A stretch of DNA of 64,000 nt from Macrostomum lignano. Taxonomy: Eukaryota. The translations under genes and the position numbers were made by a program. Where the stretch lies: positions 310,001 through 374,000 of the forward strand of contig NIVC01000068.1 in assembly GCA_002269645.1 (NCBI GenBank), in the 5' to 3' direction. The notes under the pieces are model-generated. The model saw only the letters and a program-made list of their open reading frames with translations. It was not told the DNA's origin and did no database searches. Position 1 is the stretch's first letter. Each line of letters begins with the position of its first letter. Of the stretch, positions 47,716 to 59,044 are shown piece after piece.

Positions 47716-48419
47716 CTTTCCTGTTGTCCTTTTAAAATTGCACGCGTAGGTAAAATTTGTTATAAAAAGATCTACTAGTTATTTAACAAGAATCGAATCT
47801 CTTGAGGTTAAACATTTACGAGCAGTACTATGTATTCGATCGTGTCTAACTTCGATATACTCTACAATACTTTTATAGTACAATTGCAAAACGATTCGAC
47901 ATGCTCTAGGTTAAACTATCAACAATTTGAGTGACTTTGAGTGACTAAACAATCAGCAGCTTAAAAGTGCAAGTTGCTTTGCGCCCCGACTACATTTACC
48001 CAATGATACTCAATCAGCAAGTTGCCTATAGCAAATGTTTTCAAATCATTTTTAAAAGAACCAATCTAAAAGCTGTTTTTTATGTTTATCAAAGACTTTT
48101 GAATCACTTTTTTAGTGATCTTTATTGCTAAATTGACAACAGGACAAGTTATAAGCAGAAAAAAGCTTTTAAAATAGAAAGATTTAAAGTAAATGATTAA
48201 ATCAATTAACAGTGATAGATGGCTTAAACAAATGCAAGCTAACTGTTTAAATTGCATAAAAAAACCGGTTTTTAAACTAAATTATAATATACTAATTAGG
48301 TCAGCTGTTTAAAGCAGAATTAATGCATACAAAATGCTTGTAAACAAGTCAAACTAGAGTTATAAAATAAAATTGGATTTTGGATAAACTGGACTCAATG
48401 CTGGAAAGACACTCAAAAT

Positions 48420-48680
48420 ATAATGGAGTGAGGTGGGTGGCCAATGGAGTGAGATGGATGTCCAATGGAGTGGGGTGGCGTATCTAATGGAGTGAGATGG
48501 ATGTCCAATGGAGTGAGGTGGGGCATCCAAGGAAGTGAGGTGGGTGTCCAACGGAGTGAGGTGGGTGTCCAATGGAGTGAGGTGGGTGTCCAATGGAGTG
48601 AGGTGGAATTTCAATGGAGTGAGGTGGATGTCCAATGGAGTGAGGTGGGTGTCCAATGAAGTGGGGTGGGTGTCTTGTAG
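48420..48680. repeat. 21-bp minisatellite AATGGAGTGAGGTGGGTGTCC just downstream of the EXO1 stop
   Basis: Directly visible. Confidence 0.9.
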
Positions 48681-48760
48681 ATAGTGGAGACAGATAAAGC
48701 TCGCAGCATATTAAGCACGGTACAAAACTGTGCCGTTCGAACAAACACAAAGAGTGCTTG

Positions 48761-51700
48761 TCAATCATCGTCAACTACAGCATCGCCCGAGCCGCCAATC
48801 TGAGCAGGCCGACTAGCGCTGAACCTGTCCATTAGCGAGGATCCATCAGCACCACAAGCAGCTGGCTTTGAATTCGACAGTGTCGGCGACTTGAATGGAG
48901 CATTGTTACTGGACACCGATCGAGACTTCTTCCTTGCCGGTTCGAGCGCATCGCTCTCACTAGGCGAAGGCGAGGGCGACTGTTGCGAACTAGCCGGGGA
49001 AAATAGTTGACGGCGTAGGCCTGGAGACGAGTCGGAAGGCGACTTAGAGGATGCCGATCGAAAGTAGCGACTGAGTACAGATTGACGCCGCTTTGGCTGC
49101 TCAGAGGCGGCCGCCAGCGGTCGAACTGGCAGAAGAGGCTGGCTGCGGGCTGCCGGCTCGCCGAATAGACGAAATTCTGGCTGTCGAAGCTGCTGCTGAC
49201 TGCCGCTGGTTGCCGGGGCGTCCGACGGAGTTAGATCGACGACTGCAGGGTTTGAAGAGTGGGGTATGGTTTCAAAGTGGGTGGCTGCACAAGGGAGTGG
49301 GGTGGGCGCACAAGGGAGTGGGGTGGCTGCACAAGGGAGTGGGGTGGGTGCACAAGGGAGTGGGGTGGGCGCACAAGGGAGTGGGGTGGGCGCACAAGGG
49401 AGTGGGGTGGCTGCACAAGGGAGTGGGGTGGGTGCACAAGGGAGTGGGGTGGGCGCACAAGGGAGTGGGGTGGCTGCACAAGGGAGTGGGGTGGGTGCAC
49501 AAGGGAGTGGGGTGGGCGCACAAGGGAGTGGGGTGGTCTGTTCAGCTTACTCTCAACAGCATCGGCAGCCCGCGCTTGATTAGCCGGAGTCTCATCATCC
49601 AGCCTGGCCAAAGTCTCTGAGTTTTCTTTCTCGTCAGTTTCGGCCACGGTAGCCACCTCGGCGGCCAGCAGACTGTCCGAGGACAGATTAGAATAGAGTC
49701 TACAGAGTCGTTCAGTGCTGCCAACGCCTGACAAAGTGGTGCCAACGCCGATGCTGTTAGTTGAGTCGGTTCGCCACAACGATGCAGAGATGGCTGAGCC
49801 GCTACCACTGTTGGGGGGCGGGGGAGTTTGCGTTCAATTGAGAAAATTATCAGTCTAATTAATAGTCGCTATGACTTAATTTAGAGCCATTCAAGACACA
49901 CTATCATGGTATAATTCAGGTACCATTATCAGAAGAGTGATTCAGGGGCCATTATCAGAATGATTCAGGGGCCATTATCAGAATGATTCAGGGGCCATTA
50001 TCAGAATGATTCAGGGGCCATTATCAGAATGATTCAGGGGCCATTATCAGAATGATTCAGGGGCCATTATCAGAATGATTCAGGGGCCATTATCAGAATG
50101 ATTCAGGGGCCATTATCAGAATGATTCAGGGGCCATTATCAGAATGATTCAAGGGCCATTATCAGAATGATTCAGGGGCCATTATCAGAATGATTCAGGG
50201 GCCATTATCAGAATGATTCAGGGGCCATTATCAGAATGATTCAAGGGCCATTATCAGAATGATTCAGGGGTCATTATCAGAGCGATTCAGGGGCCATTAT
50301 TAAAACGATTCAGGGCTCATTATCAGAATGATTCAGGGGCGATTCCTCACTACGGTCTCCTACCTGGCTGCAGGTCATCATCACCCAGACTCACCACCCT
50401 GACGACATGCTGCTAAAGTATGGCGAGTTGCCAGCTCCAACTATGCTCGCCTCGCTAGCTATTCGCCGATCAAGTTTCGATCCGTCGCCAGCCCAAATAA
50501 TCGACGAACTGTTTCTGCTACTATTAGTAGTAGCAATGTTTTTGTTATTATGTGGAGTGCCAATATCAGCAGGATCGAAGTCGGCCACGGGTTCCATAGT
50601 GCGAAAGTCGACATTGCCGTGAGCCAGCTGCAGGGCCAAAGCGTTGTCTGACAGAATGCTGCCGGCAAAGTCCAAATTTGATGGCGCTTCCGCCTCGGAT
50701 TCTGCAGCCGATGGTGGAGTGTTCAATCGGCATTGGCGACGTTCGATGGGATCGAATACCACCTGGAAGCAGTAAGGTAGGGGATATTGGTATAAGGGAA
50801 TTAGAGAGCCGCAACAAGGGATGACAGAAGGGGATCAGAAAAGGGGAAAAGGGATATAATAATGGGAGAATAGAGGGGGAAAATAGGGATAAAATGTGGG
50901 ATCAGAGACAAAATAGAAAGACTGATGTGTTAACGAAAGAAGTTAGAAAAAAATGGTACAACCTCACCTGATACTGAAAGGTAAGATCGGCTCTAACAAC
51001 AGCTTCCACTTGTTCTTTACTCAGGCGTTGCACTTTCTTAGCATAGAGAAACAGTTTATTAGCTAGTCCGCGCAGATCTAAACAGGTCCGTTTAACAATG
51101 CCGGCCGCGGTGGCCAGGCCGACGCCGGGCACGCCGGAGAAATAGTCGCAGCCGGACAGGATGCACATCCAGCGGAACTTGGCCCAGGTCATGCCAGTTG
51201 AGCCGGTAGCCTCGGGTGCACTAGGATCGTCAGCTGAAGCGGTTATGCACAACTGGCGAGCAATTTGACGGCGATCCATTAGAAGGCCGTTGCCCTGACT
51301 GTCCAGTTTGAATATCACCTGTTTTGAGTGTGCAGAATAAATGATAGCATAAAACTCTAATATCCTACTCATGGATAGTAGTGCAAAAGTTAAGTTTATA
51401 AAGAGTCAACTTGTGCTTCCGATAAGATTGAAAATTCACAGTTTTCATGATGTAAACATAAATCATCGTTGCGGCGCCAGATCAAAGGACCAGGATGAGG
51501 AAATGGCGGCGCCACATCATAGGACCAGGATGAGTAAATGGCGGCGCCACATCAAAGGACCGGGATGAGGGGATGGCGGCGCTACATCAAAGGACCAGAA
51601 TGAGGAAATGGCGGCGCTACATCAAAGGACCAGGATGAGGAAATGGCGGCGCCACATCATAAGACCAGGATGAGGAAATGGCGGCGCTACATCAAAGGAC

Positions 51701-52911
51701 CAGGATGAGGGGATGGCGGCGCCACATCAAAGGACCAGGATGATGAAATGGCGGCGCCACATCAAAGGACCGGGATGAGGGGATGGCGGCGCCACATCAA
51801 AGGACCGGGATGAGGGGATGGCGGCGCCACATCAAAGGACCAGGATGAGGTAATAGAGGCGCCACATCAAAGAACAGAAGCACAGCAATTCACATAGCAA
51901 ATGAACACAGCGCACCCGCTTGCACCCGAACGCTAGCAAGTCGCTGTCCTCGCTGATGACCGCGTCAACCAACCCGGCGTTGCAAAGGTGCGTGAGCTGA
52001 GCGTCAGCCTCGTACGGCGCCACAATGGTGTCGGCGCCCTCCTTCCTGGCGGACCGCATCAGCGCCAGAGCCATGCTTGGCGTCACGTCGATGCAGCGTT
52101 CGAAAGCTTCGCGCGCCTCGGCTGAGCGACCTTCGGCCAGCAACTGCAGAGCCTTGCGCTTGTAGGCTGCGCGGGTCCTGGGGGTTGGGGATCAATTTCA
52201 GGGAGCCACTTTACCTGACTTGGGACTTCAGGTTTGAGAGTTGAAGCATCAGAGAGTTTTGCTCAGAAATGTTGAGGCTGAGACTTCAGGCGTGAGACTT
52301 GAGGTTTGAGATTTCAGGTTTGAGATTTCAGTTTGGGATTTAAGGGTTGGGATTTAAGGGTTGGGATTTTTGGTTTGAGACTTCAGGTTTGGGACTTCAG
52401 GTTTGGAATTTTGTGCTTGGAATTTCAGGTTTGGGATTTCAGGCTTGGGATTTCAGGTTTGGGACTTCAGGCTTGGGATTTCAGGTTTGGGATTTCAGGC
52501 TTGGGATTTCAGGTTTGGGATTTCAGGTTTCAGATTTCAAGCTTGAGTTTTTCCTCATGAGATAATCAGAAAAATCAGTTAAAAGACTAGCTACTAGCAG
52601 CAGGCTAACACTATTAATTCGAATGCTCACTCTCGTCTCTTATGCTCAACGTCGGCCTTAGCTGGCAGATTTCGCCCGTCAAACACCAGCACAACTTTCA
52701 ATCGGTTAGCTAGCAGCAGCCTGAGATAGCGCATGCAGTAGTGCACATATTGATCAGTGTCCTGGCCGGATCCCAGCTTCTCTGCGCAGGCGTACGCGCC
52801 TTTGTGCAGCCAGCAATAGGTGTCAACCGCCACCGTTTGACCAGCCAATTCGCGTATTGAAATTGGTCGGCCAGATGCTTTTAAATAGGGTAGCAGGCCG
52901 GTAATGCCCAT
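48761..52911 (-). CDS. EXO1: Exonuclease 1 (XPG/FEN1 family), 6 coding exons, about 666 aa
   Basis: Exons 52911-52631, 52177-51916, 51318-50968, 50762-50395, 49807-49551, 49242-48761 (2001 nt, phase-compatible). Motifs MGITGLL, AVDTYCWLHKGA, VFDG, APYEADAQL, SEDSDLLAFGC, CILSGCDY, YQVVFDP are diagnostic. Confidence 0.93.
49270..49535. repeat. EXO1 intron 5 minisatellite, 21-bp GCACAAGGGAGTGGGGTGGGC
   Basis: Directly visible. Confidence 0.95.
49930..50340. repeat. EXO1 intron 4 minisatellite, 23-bp GATTCAGGGGCCATTATCAGAAT
   Basis: Directly visible. Confidence 0.95.
51470..51870. repeat. EXO1 intron 2 minisatellite, 35-bp GGCGGCGCCACATCAAAGGACCAGGATGAGGAAAT
   Basis: Directly visible. Confidence 0.95.
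52270..52545. repeat. EXO1 intron 1 minisatellite, 14-bp TTCAGGTTTGGGAT
   Basis: Directly visible. Confidence 0.9.
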
Positions 52912-52939
52912 GCCGGCTGCGGGCGGGCGGTTGCCGAGA

Positions 52940-53690
52940 TTTTGAGGGCGGTTGCAGGGGATTGAGGGAGGCTGCAGGGGGTGGTTGCAGGGGATTGAGG
53001 GAGGCTGCAGGGGGTGGTTGCAGGGGATTGAGAGAGGCTGCAGGGGCTGGTTGCAGGGGATTGAGAGAGGCTGCAGGGGGTGGTTGCAGGGAATTGAGGG
53101 AGGCTGCAGGGGGTGGTTGCAGGGGATTGAGGGAGGCTGCAGGGGGTGGTTGCAGGGGATTGAGAGAGGCTGCAGGGAGTGGTTGCAGGGGATTGAGAGA
53201 GGCTGCAGGGGGTGGTTGCAGGGAATTGAGGGAGGCTGCAGGGGGTGGTTGCAGGGGATTGAGAGAGGCTGCAAGGGGTGGTTGCAGGGAATTGAGGGCG
53301 GTTGCAGGGAATTGAGGGTGGCTGCAGGGGGTGGTTGCAGGGAATTGAGGGTGGCTGCAAGGAATTGAAGGTGGCTGCAGGTAATTGAGGGCGGTTGCAG
53401 GGGATTGAGGGAGGCTGCAGGGGGTGGTTGCAGGGAATTGAGGGTGGCTGCAGGGAATTGAGGGTGGCTGCAGGGAATTGAGGGCGGCTGCAGGGAATTG
53501 AGGGCGGCTGCAGGGAATTGAGGGCGGCTGCAGGGAATTGAGGGAGGCTGCAGGGAATTGAGGGAGGCTGCAGGGAATTGAGGGAGGCTGCAGGGAATTG
53601 AGGGAGGCTGCAGGGAATTGAGGGAGGCTGCAGGGAATTGAGGGAGGCTGCAGGGAATTGAGGGAGGCTGCAGGGAATTAAGGGCGGTTG
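52940..53690. repeat. Array upstream of the EXO1 ATG, 20-bp unit CAGGGAATTGAGGGAGGCTG and a derived 33-bp unit
   Basis: Directly visible; ends about 25 nt before the acceptor at 52917-52918. Confidence 0.95.
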
Positions 53691-54559
53691 CAGTCAGACA
53701 ATAAGCTACTGCTAGAGTTGAAAAATGAATAAGAAAACAATTTTACTGTGGGGGGCCTCAATAAAAAAACTATTTTAGAAGATAAATCAAACAGTTTCAG
53801 AAAGTATATATATTTCTGCAAATATGCAATCCAATCTGCAGTTAATCTGCAATCCAATTCACCACGTGTTACAAATAAGAGGGCATTATGCAATATACAA
53901 AAATGGTCAATTAAAACTGATGAGCGAGTTTCTGAGCACACTTAGTTGTCTAATTACCATAACCTGTACTGTAGTAACAAAATAGCGAAAGTAAAACCAT
54001 TTCTTAGAAATATGTATATAACAGATGGGAGTTAAAATGTAATTTACATATATATAAATGACTTTTGTTATTAATTACTTAGTGTGCAATAAATCAATAC
54101 AATACAAGTTCAATTGAATGAAAGATGTTTATTTATGAATTTTTTTTATTGTATTAAAATGCAATTAATAATTGCAAGCCAATAGTTGAAACCCGGGAGA
54201 ATATAAATCACCGAGAACCAAACCAATTAATAACATTTTTACATGGATTCAGCAGATTATTAAGCATACAGTTCAACAACCTTATAGCAAAAACGCGTGC
54301 TTGAGATTAGCGGTAGAATTAGCTAATAATTTTAATTAAGCAATACAAATTTACTTCTTAAATCGTGGAAATTAATGAACAGGAGACTAGTAAAAAAGCT
54401 TTTGATACAGACATGAAACACACCAGGATTAACAACATAAAAACCAATTAGCGACCCTAGAAGAAGCAACAAAACTGCGATGCAGTTTAGCACGCCTGGA
54501 GCAACCAATCTTTCAGGCCTTGGCAACTAACCAATTCGAATATTAGGCCTTAGCAACTA

Positions 54560-54960
54560 ATCCAACGATTAGCTCTAGCAACCAATCTGAGTATTTGCCC
54601 TAGCAACCAATCTGAGTATTTGCCCTAGCAACCAATCTGAGTATTTGTCCTAGCACCCAATCTGAGTATCTGCCCCTAGCAACCAATCTGAGTATTTGTC
54701 CTAGCAACAAATCTGAGTATCTGCCCCTAGCAACCAATCTGAGTATTTGTCCTAGCACCAAATCTGAGTATCTGCCCCTAGCAACCAATCCGAGAATTTG
54801 CCCTAGCAACCAATCTGAGTATTTGCCCTAGCAACCAATCTAAGTATTTCCCCTAGCAACCAATCTAAGTATTTTCCCTAGCAACCAATCCGAGTATTTG
54901 CCCTAGCAACCAATCTGAGTATTTTCCCTAGCAACCAATCTGAGTAACAGGTCTTAGCAA
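54560..54960. repeat. 25-27-bp minisatellite TAGCAACCAATCTGAGTATTTGCCC (CCAAT in most units)
   Basis: Directly visible between the CHPF-like stop and the EXO1 5' end. Confidence 0.93.
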
Positions 54961-55173
54961 CAAATGCGAATACTTATCGATAGCAACCAATGCAAATTAG
55001 ACCATTTAGCTGACCAAAAGCGAAGCAAACAGATTTCAAAGCCATAACCAAGCAACCGGAAAGCATTAAACAATACAATATTCCTACTGTATGCAGATAG
55101 AAATTTGAAAGAATCAAACAAACAACTCAATCAATCAATACTGCTATTACTAGTTCAAATAAAAAACATAAAC

Positions 55174-57794
55174 TCAACCGACAGTGGTTCCTGTAGCTCC
55201 GGCGGCAGCAGCGGCAGCGTCATCAGCGGATCCCAGCATCCGCTCGGCCAGAGACACTCTAGACGCCAGACTTCGATCTAGTCTAGCCCGACACTCGGCC
55301 AGAGTCATATAGTCAAACAGAGCATACCTGGGACAGCCGCCAGGTAAAACGTGATGATTTAAATACACGCCCGGATCGGCTGAACGAACCAATTCAATAG
55401 TAGCCGAGCCGCGTCGTACAATATTAGCGAATAGGCGCCTATTAGCCTCAGTAGATAGCAGCTGGCCAGCCTCAGAGTCTGCAGATAATTTGCTACTAGT
55501 ACTACTGCTGCTAGTAAATCCGCCAACTTTATCAAATGTCCGACGTCTAATACAATAGATATCGCGCGACTCGTGATCCCAATAGCCGGTGGATTTATCG
55601 ATTGATAGCGAGTCAATAGCAGCGGTTGTTGATGATGACGCTGAGAATTCTTTACTATAGAGCGAGAATGGTACCACGCTGAGCACTGAGTCGCTTGGCC
55701 CTGGCGCTTGCTCATCGTTGTCGTCTCTTTGCTGCTCAGCCAGCTGCTGCTGCATCAGAGCCGATCGGCATCTGTCAAAGAAGTCTGGCCGGAACTGAAA
55801 GAACAAGTCGGCCAATACTAGCTCAGCTTCCATTGGCAGGCGCTTCATAGCCAAGCGTTTGCCAAATGCCGAGGAGAATCGACGCTGGGTCAGAATCAGA
55901 TTCTGAGTCAGGTGCAGGCCCGGCCGAGCATGTTCCAGACGGCTGAGGCCATCCCGTAGTGGCTTCAGCTGTTCGGGCGAATTGTTGCCGGGGTTGAATA
56001 CCACTAGGCTTACCTGGCGGGGGTCGAAATGTTGGCATAGTTGAATATGAGAGTGACGTCAGCGCATTTTCGTTATAGGAAAGGGCGGATCCATTGTAGG
56101 AAGGGGCGGATTCCAAATTGTAGGAAGGGGTGGATTCCATTGTATGAGGGGGCGGATTCCATTGTAGGAAGGAGCGGATTCCAAATTGTAGGAAGGGGCG
56201 GATTCCATTGTAGGAAGGGGCGGATTCCATTGTATGAAGGGGCGGATTCCATTGTATGAAGGGGCAGATTCCATTGTATGAAGGGGCAGATTCCATTGTA
56301 TGAAGGGGCAGATTCCATTGTATGAAGGGGCAGATTCCATTGTAGGAAGGGGCGGATTCCATTGTAGGAAGGGGCGGATTCCATTGTAGGAAGGGGCGGA
56401 TTCCATTGTATGAAGGGGCGGATTCCATTGTATGAAGGGGCAGATTCCATTGTATGAAGGGGCAGATTCCATTGTATGAAGGGGCAGATTCCATTGTAGG
56501 AAGGGGCGGATTCCATTGTAGGAAGGGGCGGATTTCAAATTGTAGGAAGGGGCGGATTCCAAATTGTAGGAAGGGGCGGATTCCAAATTGTAGGAAGGGG
56601 TGGATTTCATAGCTAAAGTCTTTTTAAGAATGGAGCAGAATCTAAAACGAATATGTAATGGCAAGTTTGTACTATTAAAAAGCCTGTACTCACCTGTACA
56701 TTTCTAGCGCTAGGAAAAACTCGCTTAGAAAAGTCTCCTAACCAGGCCAGTAAGTGGCTAACTAACTCAAACGGAGCGGGTAGAATCAGATGCACAGCTT
56801 CGTGAGCGGTTGGCCGAGCACCATAATGAGTCCTAGAGGTAACGTACAGGCTAGAGAACGGCCTGACCAATCTTAACTGAGCAATCTCTGATGATTTACC
56901 AGTTCGCTTACGCCTAGATAAATTCAAGTACAGAATGTACTCTTTACCGCGCAGCGGGTCAATACGTTCGTAGCCGCCGCGTAGACCGTCAATGTCGAAG
57001 CGGTGGCCGCCCTCGGCATTGAGCAGAGGGAAGGCTTCGTGCAGCAGCTGCCTGATGTCGTTTGACTGATACTTTTTCAGCGAGGTTCTGGGCACCGAGC
57101 GGTGCACATCGTACAGAGTGTCCTGTGGGGTTTCGGCGATTGCGACTGCGCTTATTGAGGATCTATAGCAACTGGGGATCTGGGAAGCTGGCCCAGCAAC
57201 TGGGGATCTAGGAAGCTGGCCCAGCAACTGGGGATCTAGGAAGCTGGCCCAGCAACTGGGGATCTAGGAAGCTGGCCCATCAACTGGGGATCTAGGAGGC
57301 TGGCCCGGCAACTGAGGATCTGGGAGGCTGGCCTAGCAACTGAAACTATGGGAGGCTGGCCCAGAAACTGACACTATGGGAGGCTGGCCCAGCAGCTGAG
57401 GATCTGGGAGGCTGGCCCAGCAACTGAAACTATGGGAGGCTGACCCAGCAACTGAGGATCTGGCAGGCAGGCGGTCTGGTGCAAGGATCAGCCATAAGAG
57501 TGCAACGGCAGCAAAACTGACCAGCGTGAAGAAGCGATACTCAATGGTCTCATTCTCGTGACCCGGTCTGTAGGGCATCTTCAGCTGCTCGTGAATGTCG
57601 CCACAGAGCCGCTTTCGAGTCTGCTCGACAGTCTCCGATTCGCTAATCGAATTAACGGCATTAAGCCGCTCTCCCGCCAGCGAGCTCGAGTATTTATAAT
57701 TTGAAGATTCAATTAAAACCCTCAGAGTGTAGCCGATTCCGCAGGCGACCAGAAATTTCAATAATTCGGTGATTTTCAATCTGCCAACTCGCAT
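55174..57794 (-). CDS. Chondroitin synthase family (CHPF/CSGALNACT-like) type II membrane protein, 3 exons, about 513 aa
   Basis: Exons 57794-57522, 57122-56694, 56013-55174 (1542 nt). N-terminal hydrophobic anchor; GYERIDPLRGKEYILYL, LVRPF, FRPDFFDRC, TGYWD, LVRSADPG, SLASRVSLA match the C-terminal domain of CHPF/CHSY. Confidence 0.8.
56075..56610. repeat. CHPF-like intron 2 minisatellite, 22/24-bp GGATTCCATTGTAGGAAGGGGC
   Basis: Directly visible. Confidence 0.95.
57165..57465. repeat. CHPF-like intron 1 minisatellite, 28-bp unit, reverse complement of the TTC28 intron 12 family
   Basis: ACTGGGGATCTAGGAAGCTGGCCCAGCA; its reverse complement matches the 9660-10340 unit at about 26/28 positions. 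Confidence 0.9.
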
Positions 57795-57834
57795 TATCGT
57801 GCTTTTTAGCGGCAGAGCATGCAATAGAATGACT

Positions 57835-58100
57835 GACTGCAGTCAAAGCGTGACAATCTGCAGTCAAACTGTGACAATCTGCAATCAAGATGTGACAATC
57901 TGCAATCAAAGTGTGACAATCTGCAATCAAACTGTGACAATCTCCAATCAAAGTGCGACAATCTCCAATCAAAGTGCGACAATCTCCAATCAAACTGTGA
58001 CAATCTGCAATCAAACAGTGACAATCTGCAATCAATATGTGACAATCTGCAATCAAACTGTGACAATCTGCAATCAAAAAATGACAATCTGCAATCAAAC
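57835..58100. repeat. 21-bp array GTGACAATCTGCAATCAAACT immediately upstream of the CHPF-like ATG
   Basis: Directly visible; bounded by a strong minus-strand acceptor at 58100-58101. Confidence 0.95.
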
Positions 58101-58654
58101 TGTAAAAATATAAAAGAAAAAAGTTTTCCTGCGTTATTAATGAAAATATGTATAACTTATACAGTTTTATTTGCAATTCATTACATAGGCAAATCATAAT
58201 GATTAAAACTTGGTCCGCATAAAAACGTTAATTGAATAGGTCATGCTCGGAGGTATGTAAAATTCAAAATACTTCAAGGCTGAAGCAGAACATTCAGTTA
58301 AAAAAGAATAAATGACACGGGTAAGCTAAAAAGTAAAACTGTAAAAATGCAATTATAATAAACAATAATACAAGTTTAGTAAAAATTAAAGAAGCCCGCC
58401 AGACACTTGCCAACTCAAACCGTTAGAATTAACGAACGGAAGTAAAAACATATTATTAAGCAATAAATCAACAGATATTGAAATTGTAATAATTAATTAA
58501 AAATGGGATTCGAAGCCTGCTCATACTAGGATATTATTACGGTATTGTTAAAGATGCAAAAAAATACAAACAAGTACTTAAATACGAATGTACAAAACAG
58601 ATGAGCCAAAGTAAAACAATAACTTTAAACCTCATGTAGAGAGGATGAATTCAA

Positions 58655-58955
58655 AAAAGAGGGCGAAAGAGAGGAGTGGAAGAAAGGGTGAGAAAAGGAG
58701 AAGGGGGTAGGAAGAGAGATGGAGATGGTACAGAGAGAGGGGGGAGGGAGACTGAAGAGGGAGAGGGGGAGAGGGAGAGGGGAGAGGAAGAGGGGGAGAC
58801 GGAGAGGGGGAGAGGGAGAGGGGGAGAGGAAGAGGGGGAGACGGAGAGGGGGAGAGGGAGAGGGGGAGAGGAAGATTGAAGAGGGAGAGGGAAAAGTGAG
58901 GGGACACGGAGAGGGGGGAGGAGGGGAGATGAGAGAGGGAGAGGGAGAGATGGAT
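58655..58955. repeat. GA-rich low-complexity polypurine tract
   Basis: Directly visible. Confidence 0.9.
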
Positions 58956-59044
58956 AGATTAGCGTTAAAAAAGATATTTTATCATACAAAAATACAAACA
59001 CCCAGAAGGTGCATAGCGTCGGGAGAATATAAAAATCAATCAAT

